DNA of 63,239 nt, filler included, from Chiloscyllium plagiosum (Eukaryota): the NCBI RefSeq assembly GCF_004010195.1. It is 3 parts of one record of this genome, joined end to end, with 100 filler letters (N's around TTAATTAATTAA, not from the genome) between each part and the next. Parts side by side here need not be neighbours in the genome. Positions count along the whole stretch, not along the records: positions 1 to 17,976 come from NC_057710.1; positions 18,077 to 48,731 come from NC_057710.1; 1 more part is not named here. One strand, given 5' to 3'. The translations under genes and the position numbers were made by a program. Positions 12,501 through 25,015 of the stretch are shown one piece after another. Under the pieces are notes generated by a model. The model did not search any database. It was given only the letters and a program-made list of their open reading frames with translations, and was not told where the DNA came from. Numbering within the stretch: position 1 is the first letter of the stretch; each line of letters opens with the position of its first letter.

Positions 12501-12891
12501 TATCTGTTTCTACCACCATCTCTGGCAGTACATTCCAAGCACTTTCCACTCTCTGTGTAAAAAATGTGTCTGTCACATCGCCTTTAAACTTTTACTTTAA
12601 TGTCCCTAGTAATTGACATTTCTACCCTGGGAAAAAAGACTCTGACTGTCTATTCTATTAATAAGTTGCAAACTCCTATCAGGTTGCCACTCATCCCTGA
12701 GTATGGACATCACCACATCCATCCACTTTTACATTTTTTTTCTATATTTTCTGATTGTTAAAAAAACTGTTAACCTTACCTACCTTCTGTGGTGAGCTCA
12801 GATAGCATCAAGGTGTCCAGGGTATCGGAGGCAACGTTTGTTCCCAGTCGTGGCAATGTGGGATAAGGTTGTATTCCTGGTGGTGGAGGGA

Positions 12892-13327
12892 AGTGAGACT
12901 GTGATCCCCACGGGGGGAGGTGAGACTATGTTTCCCCATGGGGGGAGGTGAGACTGTGTTCCCCACGAGGGGGGAAGGTGAGACCGTGTTCCCCACAGGG
13001 GGAAGGTGAGACTGTGTTCCCCACGAGGGCAAGGTGAGACTGTGTTCCTGGTGGGGATAGGTGAGACTGTGTTCCCCATGGAGGGAGATGAGACTGTGTT
13101 CCTGGTGGGGATAGGTGAGACTGTGTTCCCGGTGTGGGGAGGTGAGACTGTGTTCCCCACGGGGGGGAGGTGAGACTGTGTTCCCCACAGGGGGAAGGTA
13201 AGACTGTTCCTGGTGGGGGGAGGTGAGACTGTGTTCCCCACGGGGACGAGGTGAGACTGTGTTCCCTATGGGGAAGGTGAGACTGTGTTCCCTATGGGGA
13301 AGGTGAGACTGTGTTCCCCACGGGGGT
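12892..13327 (+). repeat. G-rich minisatellite, about 16 units of about 27 bp (ggtgagactgtgttccccacgggggga)
   Basis: Direct inspection of repeated gtgagactgtgttccc units. Confidence 0.95.
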
Positions 13328-14589
13328 GGCTGCAATGTTGAACTTTTATCACATTCCAGTTGTCCTGTACATGAGTACACATGACCAGAAAAGTTAAGTC
13401 TGATTGTAATGCTAATCCTTTGATATTGAAATGAAAAATTTGTCCAGTCTCTCCTCACAACTAATACCCTCCAATCCAGGCACCATCCTGGCAAACTGTT
13501 TCTGTACCCTCTCCGAAGCCTCCACATTCTTCTGGTAGTGTGGTGACCAGAATGGTCTCCAGTATTCCAAATGTGGTCTAACTAAAGTTCTATAGAGTTG
13601 CATCAGGAGCACCCAGATCTCGTTGCATGTCCACCTTTCTCAGTTTATCCACATATTTATCCTCATCTGGCATGCATTTGCCCACTCACTGAACTCATCC
13701 AAAGCAAAGTGAAGCATCTCTGCATGCTCCTCACAGCTCACCATCCCACCTAACTTTGTGTCTACTGAAAATTTAGAAACATTATGTTTAGTTCCCTCAT
13801 CTAATATATCTTGTGAATAGCTGGGATTTAAACACTGATCCCTTGCTAATCATTGTGTGCCACGCAGAAAAAGACCCATTTATTCCTAAAACTTGTTTCC
13901 TGTCTGTCACTTTTTTTTCCAAGAGTAGTGCTAAGGGAGTGCTACACTGTCAGAGGTGCCATTGTTGGGGTGAGATGGTAAACCAAGTGCTTTGAGACAT
14001 CTTTTTTTCAATTCATTCATGGGATGAGGGCATCGCTAGCCAGGCCAGCATTTATTGCCCATTTCTAATTACCCAGAGGGCCAGTAAGCATCAACCATAT
14101 TGCTGTGGGTCTGAAGTCACATGTAGTCCAGACCAGATAAGGATGACAGTTTCCTAACACAAAAACCCCAGATGGGTTTTTCCAAGAATCATTTCATGGT
14201 CATCAATCAACTCTTAATTCCAGATATTTTTTATTGAATTCAAATTCCACCATCAACCATGGCAGGATTTGAACCCAGGTCCCTGGATTAATAGTTCAGC
14301 GATAATACCACTAGGCAATTGCCTCTTCAGCCAATGTAATATATCTTGAAGTGTAAAGCACATGCAGAGAATTCTGAAGAAACACAAGGTGTCTGGCAGT
14401 ATTAGTTGAAAGAGAAAGGGTGAACATTTTGAGTCCGATATGACTATTCTTCAGAACTGAAGGGAGATTCATTCTGGACTTCAAACTTAAGCACTGTCTC
14501 TCTCTCTCTCTCCATAGATGCTGCCAGACCCGTTGAGTTTCTCCACCAGTTTTTATGTTTGTTTCTGAGTTTGGTCATCCACAGTTCTT

Positions 14590-14790
14590 ACCTTTTGAAG
14601 TGCAGTCACTTCCAATGCCGGCAACACAATGGCAACCATTGTACATGACAGTGACCAGATCATCTTGCGATGCTGATTGAGAGATCTATATTGGCCAGGA
14701 AACAGGGGAAATATCACTTGCCTTTCTTCAAAATAGTGGCACAAGATCTTTCACATCCTCCTGAGCAGACAGATGGGACATCGGTTTACA
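14590..14790 (-). mobile_element. DeuSINE-like (SacSINE1/AmnSINE-type) remnant
   Basis: Minus strand reads ..cactattttgaagaa..cctggccaatat..tcaatcagcatc..atctggtcact..cacttcaaaa, resembling the Deu domain. Similar remnants near 29900-30140, 37700-38050 and 39670-39950. Confidence 0.55.
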
Positions 14791-14819
14791 TTAAATTTTA
14801 TATAATGGTAAGTCTCCAT

Positions 14820-15225
14820 TTGGCTATTTTCCCTGGAACATTGGAGGCTGAAGGGTGACCTTATAGAGGTTTATAAAATCACAAGGGGCATGGATAGGAT
14901 GAACAGCCAAGGTCTTTTTTTCTCTGGTAGCGGAATCCAAAACTAGAGGGCATTGGTTTAAAGCGAGAGGGGAAAGATTTAAAAGGGACCTAAAGGGCAA
15001 CTTTTTCACACAGAGGGTGGTGTGTGTATGGAATGAGCTGGCAGAGGATGGTACAATTACAACATTTACAAGGCATCTGAATAAGTATATGAATAGGAAG
15101 GTTTAGAGGGAGATGGGCCAAATGCTGGCAAATGGGACTAGATTAATTTAGGATATCTGGTCAGCATGGACAGGTTGGACTGAAGGTTCTGTTTCTGTGC
15201 TGTACATCTCTATGACTCTATGACC
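14820..15225 (+). mobile_element. CR1-like LINE 3' end
   Basis: ggctgaagggtgaccttatagaggtttataaaatc..; ends ctatgactctatga. Confidence 0.85.
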
Positions 15226-16559
15226 TAATGTTCAAAACCAAGACGTCAGGGTTAAGAAGGATTTGGAATGCCAAAAGAAGTTACTCATTCCTGCACAGGC
15301 AGCCAACAGAGTTGATAATAAACAGGGCTTATCACTGCTATTGGCCAACAGGCTTTCCTTGTATTTAAGCTGACAGGCGACAATATTCCTATCACTTTCG
15401 CCTGTATTTTCTTTGGATTTCCTCAGAAGGGGCTACGTTTCAGGTACAACGACTACTTTCCTTGAACTATCTTTCCTTTCTACTGCAGTTTTACCATTGC
15501 AGGAGATAGAGAGTGACTTTTCAGTGGTGAAAACAGGAAGGTGACAACAGAGGTCTGGGGAGAAGGGACATACAAACAAGCTTAGGAAATATGTTCAAGT
15601 GTTACAGTTCATCTCCATCCCAGTGTAGCAGGAAATACTACACAGCATTGATGAGCAGATTGTTGTGTGAGGTAGATTTTAAATGTAATTGTGGCGCAGT
15701 GTGAATTTTGTGCTAAACAGTCAGTAGCAGCTATCTTACTGAAAGCTGCTGATCAATCACAAAGTTGGAAATATATTGTTCAATTGGAATCGTTGATCAT
15801 ACTCAGTGTTGCAAACACTCCAGGATTTAGCAATTAGACTGTTGCAGGTTTGACATGAGGAGATTGGGAAGATGACTGTGGGGTCATTAGAAATGATTTT
15901 CTTCATTTGCTTTGAATATGCCTGCCCATTTGTCAAAAATTGTTGGAGTTGGGGTGTGGGGATTGTGGGGACTTGACTGATTGACAGTCAAGGGAGGTTC
16001 ATTTGGATAACAACATTGTTTTCCAGTCAGCTCAGGTGGGTGATGTGCTGTAGCATGTTGCTGTTGGGTCCCTGATGAAGCATCCAGCAATATGTTCAAC
16101 GGGCGGGTGTTACTCCAGCTGGATGGCAGTAGGAGAGCAGCCAACAGAGGAGCGAAGGAATGTGATAATCATGTTTTGTCATTCCTCCCCTTACTGATGA
16201 GTGGGGAAGGAAACTGCGATTTAACTAGATGGGGGTGGGGGGGGGGGTGTTGGGGTTTGGTGGGGGGAGGGGGGTGGAGGGGGTGGTAATGGAGGTCCCG
16301 AACATTATCGTTTCGTTCTGTGTGACCATGGGTGGAATCAGGGGATGGAGCGATTTAGAAGCAGGGAAGGATGCAGTGAGGTGATGAAACAAGGACACAC
16401 TCTAGAGGCAAGTGCTTAATGACAAGGAAGGTGGGATCCAATGGCAGAGCAAAGAATGAAAGGAAAGGAGTTGCATTTTTATAGCGCCCTTCACAACCCT
16501 AGGGCACCAATGATTCATAGTTGAAATGTAGTCACTTGTTTCAATGTTGAAAAGCAACA

Positions 16560-17440
16560 GTCAGTTTGTAATGCTGCCCTTGTGAGTTACACACAAACTT
16601 CTGGACAGCTCCTGAATTTCTTCTGAAATTAGTCCCATTTATATCTCTCTGTCCTCTCTGAGCTCTTCTGGGAGTTAGCCTTACTAATTGTTGTGATGAA
16701 TAATACATCATTTTCCACAATCTAATAGTCAGGTTTATATTTCAGGGCAGTGTCTCCAATCTGATAGGTACAGGTCAGGTTTAATTTAATCGATGGGTTT
16801 ATAATGAAAACATTGTATAACTAGAAAAAGTGCAACATTAGTGAGGGAGCCGCATGCATAGAATTACCTGTCAAATTGCCTGTGAGTTGTCTCATTTTTT
16901 TTTACTGTGTGCAATCCATGCTTAGCATGAAAAGCTCAATCAACCTTAAATCTGGTTTCATAAAAAGAAATCTTTATTACTTAATTGAGGCTTAAAGATT
17001 CCAAGTGGGTTCAGTGAGAAGGTTAAAACGTCAGCGAAAACGTTAGCCTAAAGCAACCGGCTGACGGATTGACTGATTGAGCGCCTCCAGCGTTTTGTGA
17101 AATTATTGAAAGCGCTTGCAGTCACCTCCACTCGGAGAATTTGACCTTGATTGCTAATGGTTTTCAATGGGATGTAGAGTTGCGGTCATTAATGCAAAAG
17201 TGTCAATCAATCGTGGCACTCATTGCAAAGTTTTCACAAATTTTCAGCACCATGATAATGCCACACGCCAGAGCTGGGCACTTGTGGTACAGGTTTTTTG
17301 GCAATATTCATCTCAAAGTATAGGTGGTCATTCACACTTGAAGAGAGTTAATTTGTACTGGTTTACCAACAATAATTTGCACTTCTGTATCGCCTTCAAT
17401 GTTGAAAACAGGGTGTTTCACAAAGTGACCTCGTGACAAC
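16560..17440. promoter_or_regulatory. Repeat-free block resembling a conserved non-coding element/enhancer
   Basis: No recognisable repeat. CpGs retained at 17027-17135. TGATTGACA on the minus strand (17201-17209) plus several TAAT/TGATT/TGTCA motifs. Confidence 0.4.
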
Positions 17441-17782
17441 ATAAAGCATCAGGGCCAGGCTATACAAGGATGATGTCAAGCTGAGCCCTGGTGAGGCATC
17501 AATGTACCAAATGGTCAATATCTATGATGGAGCATTGGGTGATGATTGTGAAAGGATCAGAACATGGTCAACACAAGACATTTCTTCACTTGACCTGGTT
17601 TTCATTTTGATGAAATGGGGCTCCTTGATGCCACACTGATGTAGATGCTGATGTCCAAGGGCAACCCCTTTCACCTGATGCGTGCAATCAGCTCTTTGGC
17701 CAGTGTGCAGACCAGGCCTGCACACAGAGTGGAAAAATGTGTTGCTGGAAAAGCGCAGCAGGTCAGGCAGCATTCAAGGAGC

Positions 17783-17976
17783 AGGAATAGACTGTGATGC
17801 AGGGATGTTTTTGGGTCTGGAGCAGGATGCCTGGAATGGACTGTGATGTGGGGGTGTTGTTGGGTCTGGAGCATGATCCCTGGAATGGACTGTGATGTGG
17901 GGGTGTTGTTGGGCCTGGACCATGATCCCTGGAATGGACTGTGATGCGGGGGTGTTGTTGGGTCTGGAGTGGGATC
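17783..17976 (+). repeat. 49-bp minisatellite (about 4 units) running into an assembly gap
   Basis: tggaatggactgtgatg recurs at 17832, 17881 and 17930. Confidence 0.9.
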
Positions 17977-18076
17977 NNNNNNNNNNNNNNNNNNNNNNNN
18001 NNNNNNNNNNNNNNNNNNNNTTAATTAATTAANNNNNNNNNNNNNNNNNNNNNNNNNNNNNNNNNNNNNNNNNNNN
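17977..18076. other. Assembly gap with artificial TTAATTAATTAA linker
   Basis: 44 N + ttaattaattaa + 44 N = 100 nt. Identical construct at 48732-48831. Confidence 0.95.
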
Positions 18077-18601
18077 CAACATTTCAACTCCCCCTCTCAC
18101 TCTGCCGAGGATATGGAGGTGCTGGGCCTCCTCCACCGCCGCTCCTTCACCACCAGACGCCTGGAGGAAGAACGCCTCATCTTCCGCCTCGGAACACTTC
18201 AACCCCAGGGCATCAATGTGGATTTTAACAGTTTCCTCATTTCCCCTTCCCCCACCTCATCCTAGCTTCTAACCTCCAGAAACTCGGTCCCCTGACCTGT
18301 CCGGACTTGTCCGACCTGCCCAGCTCCTTTTCCACCTATCCACTCCACCCTCTCCTCCCTGACCTATCACCTTCATCTCCTTCCCCACTTACCTATTGTA
18401 CTCTATGCCACTCTCTCCCCACCCCTACCCTCCTCTAGCTTATCTCTCCACGCTTCAGGCTCTCTGCCTTTATTCCTGATGAAGGGCTTTTGCCCGAAAC
18501 GTCGATTTTGCCTGTCCTCGGATGCTGCCTGAATTGCTGTGCTCTTCCAGCATCACTGATCCAGAATCTGGTTTCCAGCATCTGCAGTCATTGTTTTTAC
18601 C
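18077..18601 (+). mobile_element. Penelope-like element 3' end (same family as 3456-4273) with intact hammerhead core
   Basis: QHFNSPSHSAEDMEVLGLLH..LEEERLIFRLGTLQPQGINVDFN. ctgatga-a-gggc-tttt-gccc-gaaa-c-gtc at 18476-18503. Confidence 0.9.
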
Positions 18602-20354
18602 TGTTAATCCAGTGACCCAGGTAATGTTCTGGGGACCCGTGTTCAAATCCTGTTAGAGCCAATGGTGAAATTTGAATTCAATAAAAATGAAGAGGCTAAT
18701 GATGACCATGAAACCATTGCCTGATTGTCAGGAAAAACCCATCTGGTTCATTAGTGTTCTTCAGGGAAAGAACTTTGCCATCCTTACCTGGTCTGCCCTA
18801 CATGTGACTCCAGATCCACAGCAAGGTGGTTGACTCTTGACTGTCCTCTCAGATAGGCATTGGTGAATGGTCCTGTGAATGAATAAAATTAAAAAAAAAA
18901 TTGTTGAGGATGACATATTTCCTTCTCTGAAGTGAACCAAGTGAGTTTGTGCAACCATCGTTGGACATGTTTAGCATTGCTGAGACGAGTTATGGACCAA
19001 ATGCTGGCAAATTGGACTAGATCAGTTTAGGGTGTCTGGTTGGCATGGACAAATTGGACTAAAGAGTCTGTTTCTGCGCTGTGCGGCTTTATGACATTAT
19101 ATCTCAGATGCATCAATTGAATTTAAATTCTACCACCTGTCGTGGCGGGATTTGAATCCACATTTCAAGCCAAACCTCTGCTTTACTAATCTCATGACAT
19201 TATTGTGGTATTTCCTCAGGTGACTCCTGCTGGTACTGTGTGGTATCTTACACCTCCACCAGTGTGTGGGACTAGGGGAGGGTTATTTGAGGCATTTCAC
19301 CGTCATCAATACTCCTTTGATTTTGCTTTGTCTTGGGACTGAATTGTGATTAGTGGAAGAGAACAAAGCACCATTTATTTGACAGATATTTGAATAGGCA
19401 GGGAACAGAGGGAAACAGACAGTGTAGAGATGAAAGGTTTTTAGTTTAGAAAGGCATCTTTGTTCGTGCAGTCTTGGTGGGCTGAACGGCCTGATCCTGT
19501 CTTTATCGTAGAGTATCTACAGAAGACTCACAGTTTTCAAATAACGAGAAAGCCTATTGCATGACAGTAATGAGTACAATAGTTTGATTTGATTTGATAT
19601 ACTTCATTGTCACATGTTCCAAGGTACAGTGAAAAGTTCTGTTTTACGTGCAGTACAGGCAGATCATACTATACAATGTGCATTAGGGTAATAGCACAGG
19701 GTGAAGAATGCAGAGAAGATGCACAATGAGCAAGATCAACATTAAATTTAAAATTTGAGATGACCATTTAGAAGTCTAATAACAGCGAGGAAGAATCTGT
19801 TGGTACGTGTATTCAAGTGTCTGTATCTTTTTCCTGATGGAAGAGGTTGGAAGAGATTATAACCAGAGTGGGAGTGGTCTTTGATTATGTTGGCTGCTTT
19901 CCTAACTCAAACCTTAGGGAACAGGTATAGATACATCTGCTGCCTTCAGGGTAGGATTCCCTGTTTCTACCATCTGACTGTGTGTGATATCTATAAATGA
20001 TTTAACATGAAAACTAACCCATACAGAACCAATACCTCATACTATAATTACCAACATATCCACACATATAAATTCTGCACTTTCTTTTTCTCTGCATTCG
20101 TGCATAGTTACTAAGTGAGTTGGTTAGCTCAGTTGTTTGGACAGTTGGTTTGTGATGCAGAGTGACACCACCAGCATGGGTTCAAATACCAGCTGAGGTT
20201 ATCATGATGGTCCCACCTTCTCAACCTTGAGGTGTGGTGACACTCAGGTTTAAATAACTTCCTGTGGGACTATGGTGACTTTACTACATAATATCCTCAA
20301 TCATCTACTCTGAATGTTCCTGTCCATTTCAATGCACTATGGTGGATATAAGAT

Positions 20355-20960
20355 TTGAGTTCCTAGGAGTAAAGATCACCAATAATCTGTCCTGGTCCAT
20401 CATGTTGACACTACAGTCAAGAAAACACACCAACACCTCTACTTCTTTGGAAGGCTAAGGAAATTGGCATGTCCATAATTAATCTTACCAATTTTTATAT
20501 ATACGCTGTTTAAAAAAAACATCCTATCCAGATACATCACAGTGTGGCATGGCAAATGCACTGCCCAAGACTGCAAGAAATTACAGAGTTGAACACAGCC
20601 CAGTCCACTATGAAAACCAACCCCCTTCAATTGACTCCATCTGCACTTCCAGCTACCTCAGGAAAGCAGACAAGATAATCAAAGACCCCTCCCACACCAG
20701 TTACACTCTCTTTCACACTCTTCCATCAGGCAGAAGAGACAGAAATTTGAAAATGTGTACCAACAGATTTAAGAACAACTTCTTCCCCACTATTATGAAT
20801 GGACATCTCAAAAATTGGAGTTGATTTTTCTCTGCACCTTCTCTGTAGCTGTAAAGTTATATTCTATATTCTGTCCCTGATGTATTCATGTAAGGCACGA
20901 TTTGTCTAGATAGTATGGAAAACAATACTTTTCACTGTATCTTGGTACATGTTACAATGT
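20355..20960 (+). mobile_element. Rex1/Babar-like LINE 3' fragment (degenerate)
   Basis: ..PSIDSICTS..KADKIIKDPSHTSYTLFHTLPSGRR..TNRFKNNFFP. Confidence 0.7.
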
Positions 20961-21355
20961 TAAGTCAAAAAACAAAAGTCTTTCCAAAAGAAATTACTTT
21001 AATCATCTTATTGGGAATATAAATTTAAGAGAAAAAGAAGTCAGTATCAGATCAGTATTTTTTGCAATGAATCAGCAAATTAGGTGATTCTTATAACTCT
21101 ATCTATGACATATATCTCTCAGAGATATATGTTAGCAATTAAAAGTTGAAACTTTGATTTATTTTTAAATATTCTCTTCCAATAAGTCATGTGAGAATGT
21201 CAGGAGTGCAGAGCTCTGAGATGCAGAGAGATCTGGGTATCTGCACACCTGGATCACAAAAGGTTATGCAAGTGCAAAAAGTAATTAGGAAAATAGATGT
21301 TACCTGTTTTGTGAGAATTGTATACAAAAATAAAGAGATTATGCTTCAGTTATTT

Positions 21356-21667
21356 GGGTGGCACGGTGGCACAGTGGTTAGCACTGCTGCCTCACAGTGC
21401 CAGAGACCCGGGTTCAATTCCCGCCTCAGGCGACTGACTGTGTGGAGTTTGCACATTCTCCCCGTGTCTGCGTGGGTTTCCTCCGGGTGCTCCGGTTTCC
21501 TCTCACAGTCCAAAGATGTGCAGGTCAGGTGAATTGGCCATGCTAAATTGTCCGTAGTGTTAGGTAAGGCGTAAATGTAGGGGTATGGGTGGTTTGCACT
21601 TCGGGGGGGTTGGTGTGGACTTGTTGGGCTGAAGGGCCTGTTTCCACACTGTAAAGTAATCTAATCT
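21356..21667 (+). mobile_element. HE1-like (V-SINE) SINE, near-intact
   Basis: ggcacggtggcacagtggttagcactgctgcctcac..gggttcaattccc..ctgtttccacactgtaaagtaatctaatct. Inserted in a CR1 remnant. Confidence 0.9.
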
Positions 21668-22039
21668 TATTCAGCTTACTGGTGAGACCACACCCAGAAT
21701 CCTGTGCACAATATTAGTCTCCTTATTTAAGAAAGGATGTGAAAGCATTGGAAGCAGAACTGAGAAGTTTTGCTAGTCTAATGCCTGAAATGGGTGGGTT
21801 GTCTTATGTGGGACAGTTGGACAGGCCATGCTTGTATCGTTGGAATTTAGAAGAGGAACAGGAGATTTGGTTGATGTACATAGGATTCTGAAAAGTCTTG
21901 ACAGCGTGGATTTAGAAAGGATGTGACTTCTTGTGGAAGACTCTAGAATCAAGGGTCATTATTTTAAAAACAAGGGATCACTTATTTAATAGAGAAGAGT
22001 GGCAAATTTTTTTCTAATAGAGGATAGGGAACATTTGAG

Positions 22040-23410
22040 CCATAGAATCATAGAATTATACAGCACAGAAACAGACCTTTCAGTTCAACTTGTCCATGCC
22101 CACCAGGTTTCCCAAACTAAAGTAGTTCCACTTGCCTGCATTTGGCCCATGTCTCTCTAATTTCTTATTTATGTACCTGTCCAAATGTCATTTAAATGTT
22201 GTAAGTGTAGCTGCATCTATCATTTCCTCTATCAAATCATTCCACATATGAACCAATCTGTGTGAAAGAAATTACCACTCAGGCACCATTTAAATTTTTC
22301 TCCCTCTCACCTTAAAAATACTCCCTGTAGTTTTGAACTCCCCCACCCTAAGGAACAGACTTTTACTATTCACCTTATCTATGCCCCTCAGAACTTTGTA
22401 ATCTTCTTTAAGGTCACCCCCCAACCTCCTGCGCTCCACTAAGTCCCAGCCTCTTTGTATAACTCAAACCCTCCAGTCCTGGCAACATCCTGGTAACTCT
22501 TTTCTGAATCTTCTCCAATTTAGTGATATCCTTCCTATCACAGGGCGACCAGAACTGTACACAGTACTCCAGAAGTGGCCTCACCAACGTCCTTAACAGC
22601 CTCAACATGATGTCCCCAACTCCTATACACAAAGGTTTGAGTAACGAAGGCAAGAATGCTAAACACCTTCTTAACCCACCCCTTGTGATGCAACTTTCAG
22701 AAAACTATGTACTTGAACCCCCTAGATCTGTCTGTTCAACAACACTACCTTGGGCCCTACCATTAACTATCTAAGTCCTGCCCATCTTTGTTTTACCAAA
22801 ATGCATTCATCCAAATTAAACTCCGTGTGCCACTCCTCAGCCCATTGGCCCAATTGATCAAGATCTCTTTGTAACCTTAGATAACCTTCTTCACTGTTGA
22901 CTACAACAAGTTTATTGTTATTCACAAAGTTAGTAACCATGTCTCCTAAATTCTCATCCAAATAATTGATATAAATGACAAACAAATAAGGATTCAGCAC
23001 CAATATCTGCAGAATAGGCCTCCAGTCTAAAAAACAACCCTTCACCACCATCCTCTGTCTCCTACTGTCAAGCTAATTTTGTATCCAATTGGCAAGCTTC
23101 CCATGAATCTCATGTGATCTAATTTTATAAGTAGTCTACCATGTAGAACCTATTTCAAAGGATTTACTAAAGTCCAAGTCGACAACGCCTACAGCTCTGC
23201 CGTCATCAATATTTTCGGTTACGTCCTCAAATAAAAACTCAATCACATTTGTGAGGTACAATTTCCAGTCACAAAGCCATGCTGACTATTCCCTAATCAT
23301 TCCTTGCCTCTCCAAATGTTTGTAACTCCTACGTCTCAGAATCCCTCCAACAATTTACCCACCACTGATGTCAGACTCGCATGGGTCTACAGTTCTCAGG
23401 CTTCTCCTTA
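22040..23410 (-). mobile_element. CR1-like LINE RT/3' fragment
   Basis: ORFs 22414-22653 (RTLVRPLLEYCVQFWSP) and 22767-23051. Confidence 0.85.
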
Positions 23411-24742
23411 CAGGGTGTTGCTAGGGATGGAAGATTTGAGTTATAAAAATAAGCTGGGACTTTAGGAGATTGAGGGGTAACCTTATAGAGGTTTATAAAA
23501 TCATGAGGGGCATAGGTAAGTGTCTTTAGCAAGGTGAACTAGGGGACATACTTTTAAGGTGAGATGAGAAAGTTTTAAAAAGGATTTGAGGGGCAACTCT
23601 ATCATACAGAGAGTGGTTCATGTGTCGAATGAACTGCAAGAGGAAGTGGTGGGTGGAGGTACAGTTACAATATTTAAAGGCATTTGGATAAGTACATGAA
23701 ACAAAAATTTTGGAGGGATGTGGGCCAAATGCAGGAAGGTGGGAATAATTCAGTACGGGAACATTGTCATCATGGCTGAGTTGAACCAAACGATCTGTTT
23801 CTGTGCTGTATGGCTCTACGACCCTACATAAGATCCTGGGGTGGGGGGTGTGGGAGGAGGGGGGTGTGGTTGACTGGGTGGATGTGAAAAGGATGTTTCC
23901 TCTAACACCTAGAAGGTGGGGCAGTATGGTGGCTCAGTAGGTAGCACTGCAGCTTCACAGTATCAGAGACCCAGGTTTGATTCCAGTCTCAGGTGACTGT
24001 GTGGAGTTTGCACATTCTCGCTGTCATTGCGTGGGCTTCCTCCCAAGTTTCAAAGATATGCAAATTTGCCCATAGGTTCATTAGTCAGGAGAAATAAGGG
24101 AATGGATCTGGATGGGTTACTCTTCGGAGGGTGGCTGTGGACTTGTTGGCTGAAGGGCCTGTTTCCACGCTGTAGGGTTCTAATGGTGGAATCTAGAACT
24201 AAGGATCATAATTAAAATAAGGGATCACTCATTTAAGCTGGGCAAGAGGAAACCTATTTTCTCTCAGAGTCTTTGGAATTCCCTTCCTCAAAGGGCGGAG
24301 GATATAAACCTTGTCAATATTTTTAAGACAAATGTAGTGGAATAACTGCGCAAAGGTCGATATCCTATCACCACACCACCCTTTATTTACATATGAACAA
24401 TACACTGGCTGTGGCCAGCCAGCTCAGAGTTGGCCCCCTGTTTATATTTTTTGAATTCATAGTTATTCAAAATACAATATATTAGTAACAATACACAAGA
24501 GAAGTAGAGACGCAATCATAAGGCATCCGAAAAGTCCCCAATTTATTTTTATTCATAGTTATACAACATACAATAGAACATTAACAATAAACAGGATAAT
24601 TTCCCTTTTTATATATATGTATATGTATATCCACATATACGTTTTAAAGTGTCTTCCTTAAACAAGGGGAAAGAAAAAGAAAACTCTCCTCTTCCAAAAA
24701 AAAACAGAAACTAACAATGGCAGTAACACACTCACTGTAGCA

Positions 24743-24875
24743 CCAGCCAACCAGCCAGCCAACCAGCCAACCAACCAGCCAACCAACCGACCAGCCAACC
24801 AGCCAACCAACAAGCCAGCCAACCAGCCAGCCAACCAGCCAGTCAGCCAGCCAGTCAGCCAACCAGCCAACCAGC
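24743..24875. repeat. (CCAA/CCAG)n tetranucleotide microsatellite
   Basis: Direct inspection. Confidence 0.95.
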
Positions 24876-25015
24876 ATAGAGTCAGTGCTCAAAACTGAGG
24901 AGACTCTGAGGAATCTCCTGGTCATATTTTATTTTAACTTGACCCCCACATTACCGCCTAACTGCAGTTTTCTCTGCTTATATTGGTCAGCCAGGGCTTC
25001 TAGATTGGCCAGGTT

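Noticed and set aside
12892..13327. CRISPR-like repeat/spacer appearance
   Set aside because: The variable parts are about 10 nt and related to each other. The context is eukaryotic and there are no cas genes.
12798..13527. 239-aa and 147-aa repetitive ORFs
   Set aside because: They are read-through of a minisatellite fused to a CR1 fragment, with no gene evidence.
16230..16290. G-rich tract
   Set aside because: Low-complexity poly-G; similar tracts occur elsewhere in the window with no further support.
18021..18032. TTAATTAATTAA palindrome (also 48776-48787)
   Set aside because: Artificial six-frame-stop linker centred in 100-nt gaps.
21356..21430. tRNA gene
   Set aside because: The A/B boxes belong to a SINE head, which continues into the SINE body and has many dispersed copies.
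24644..24925. WLVG-repeat membrane-like peptides
   Set aside because: They are translations of the CCAR microsatellite.
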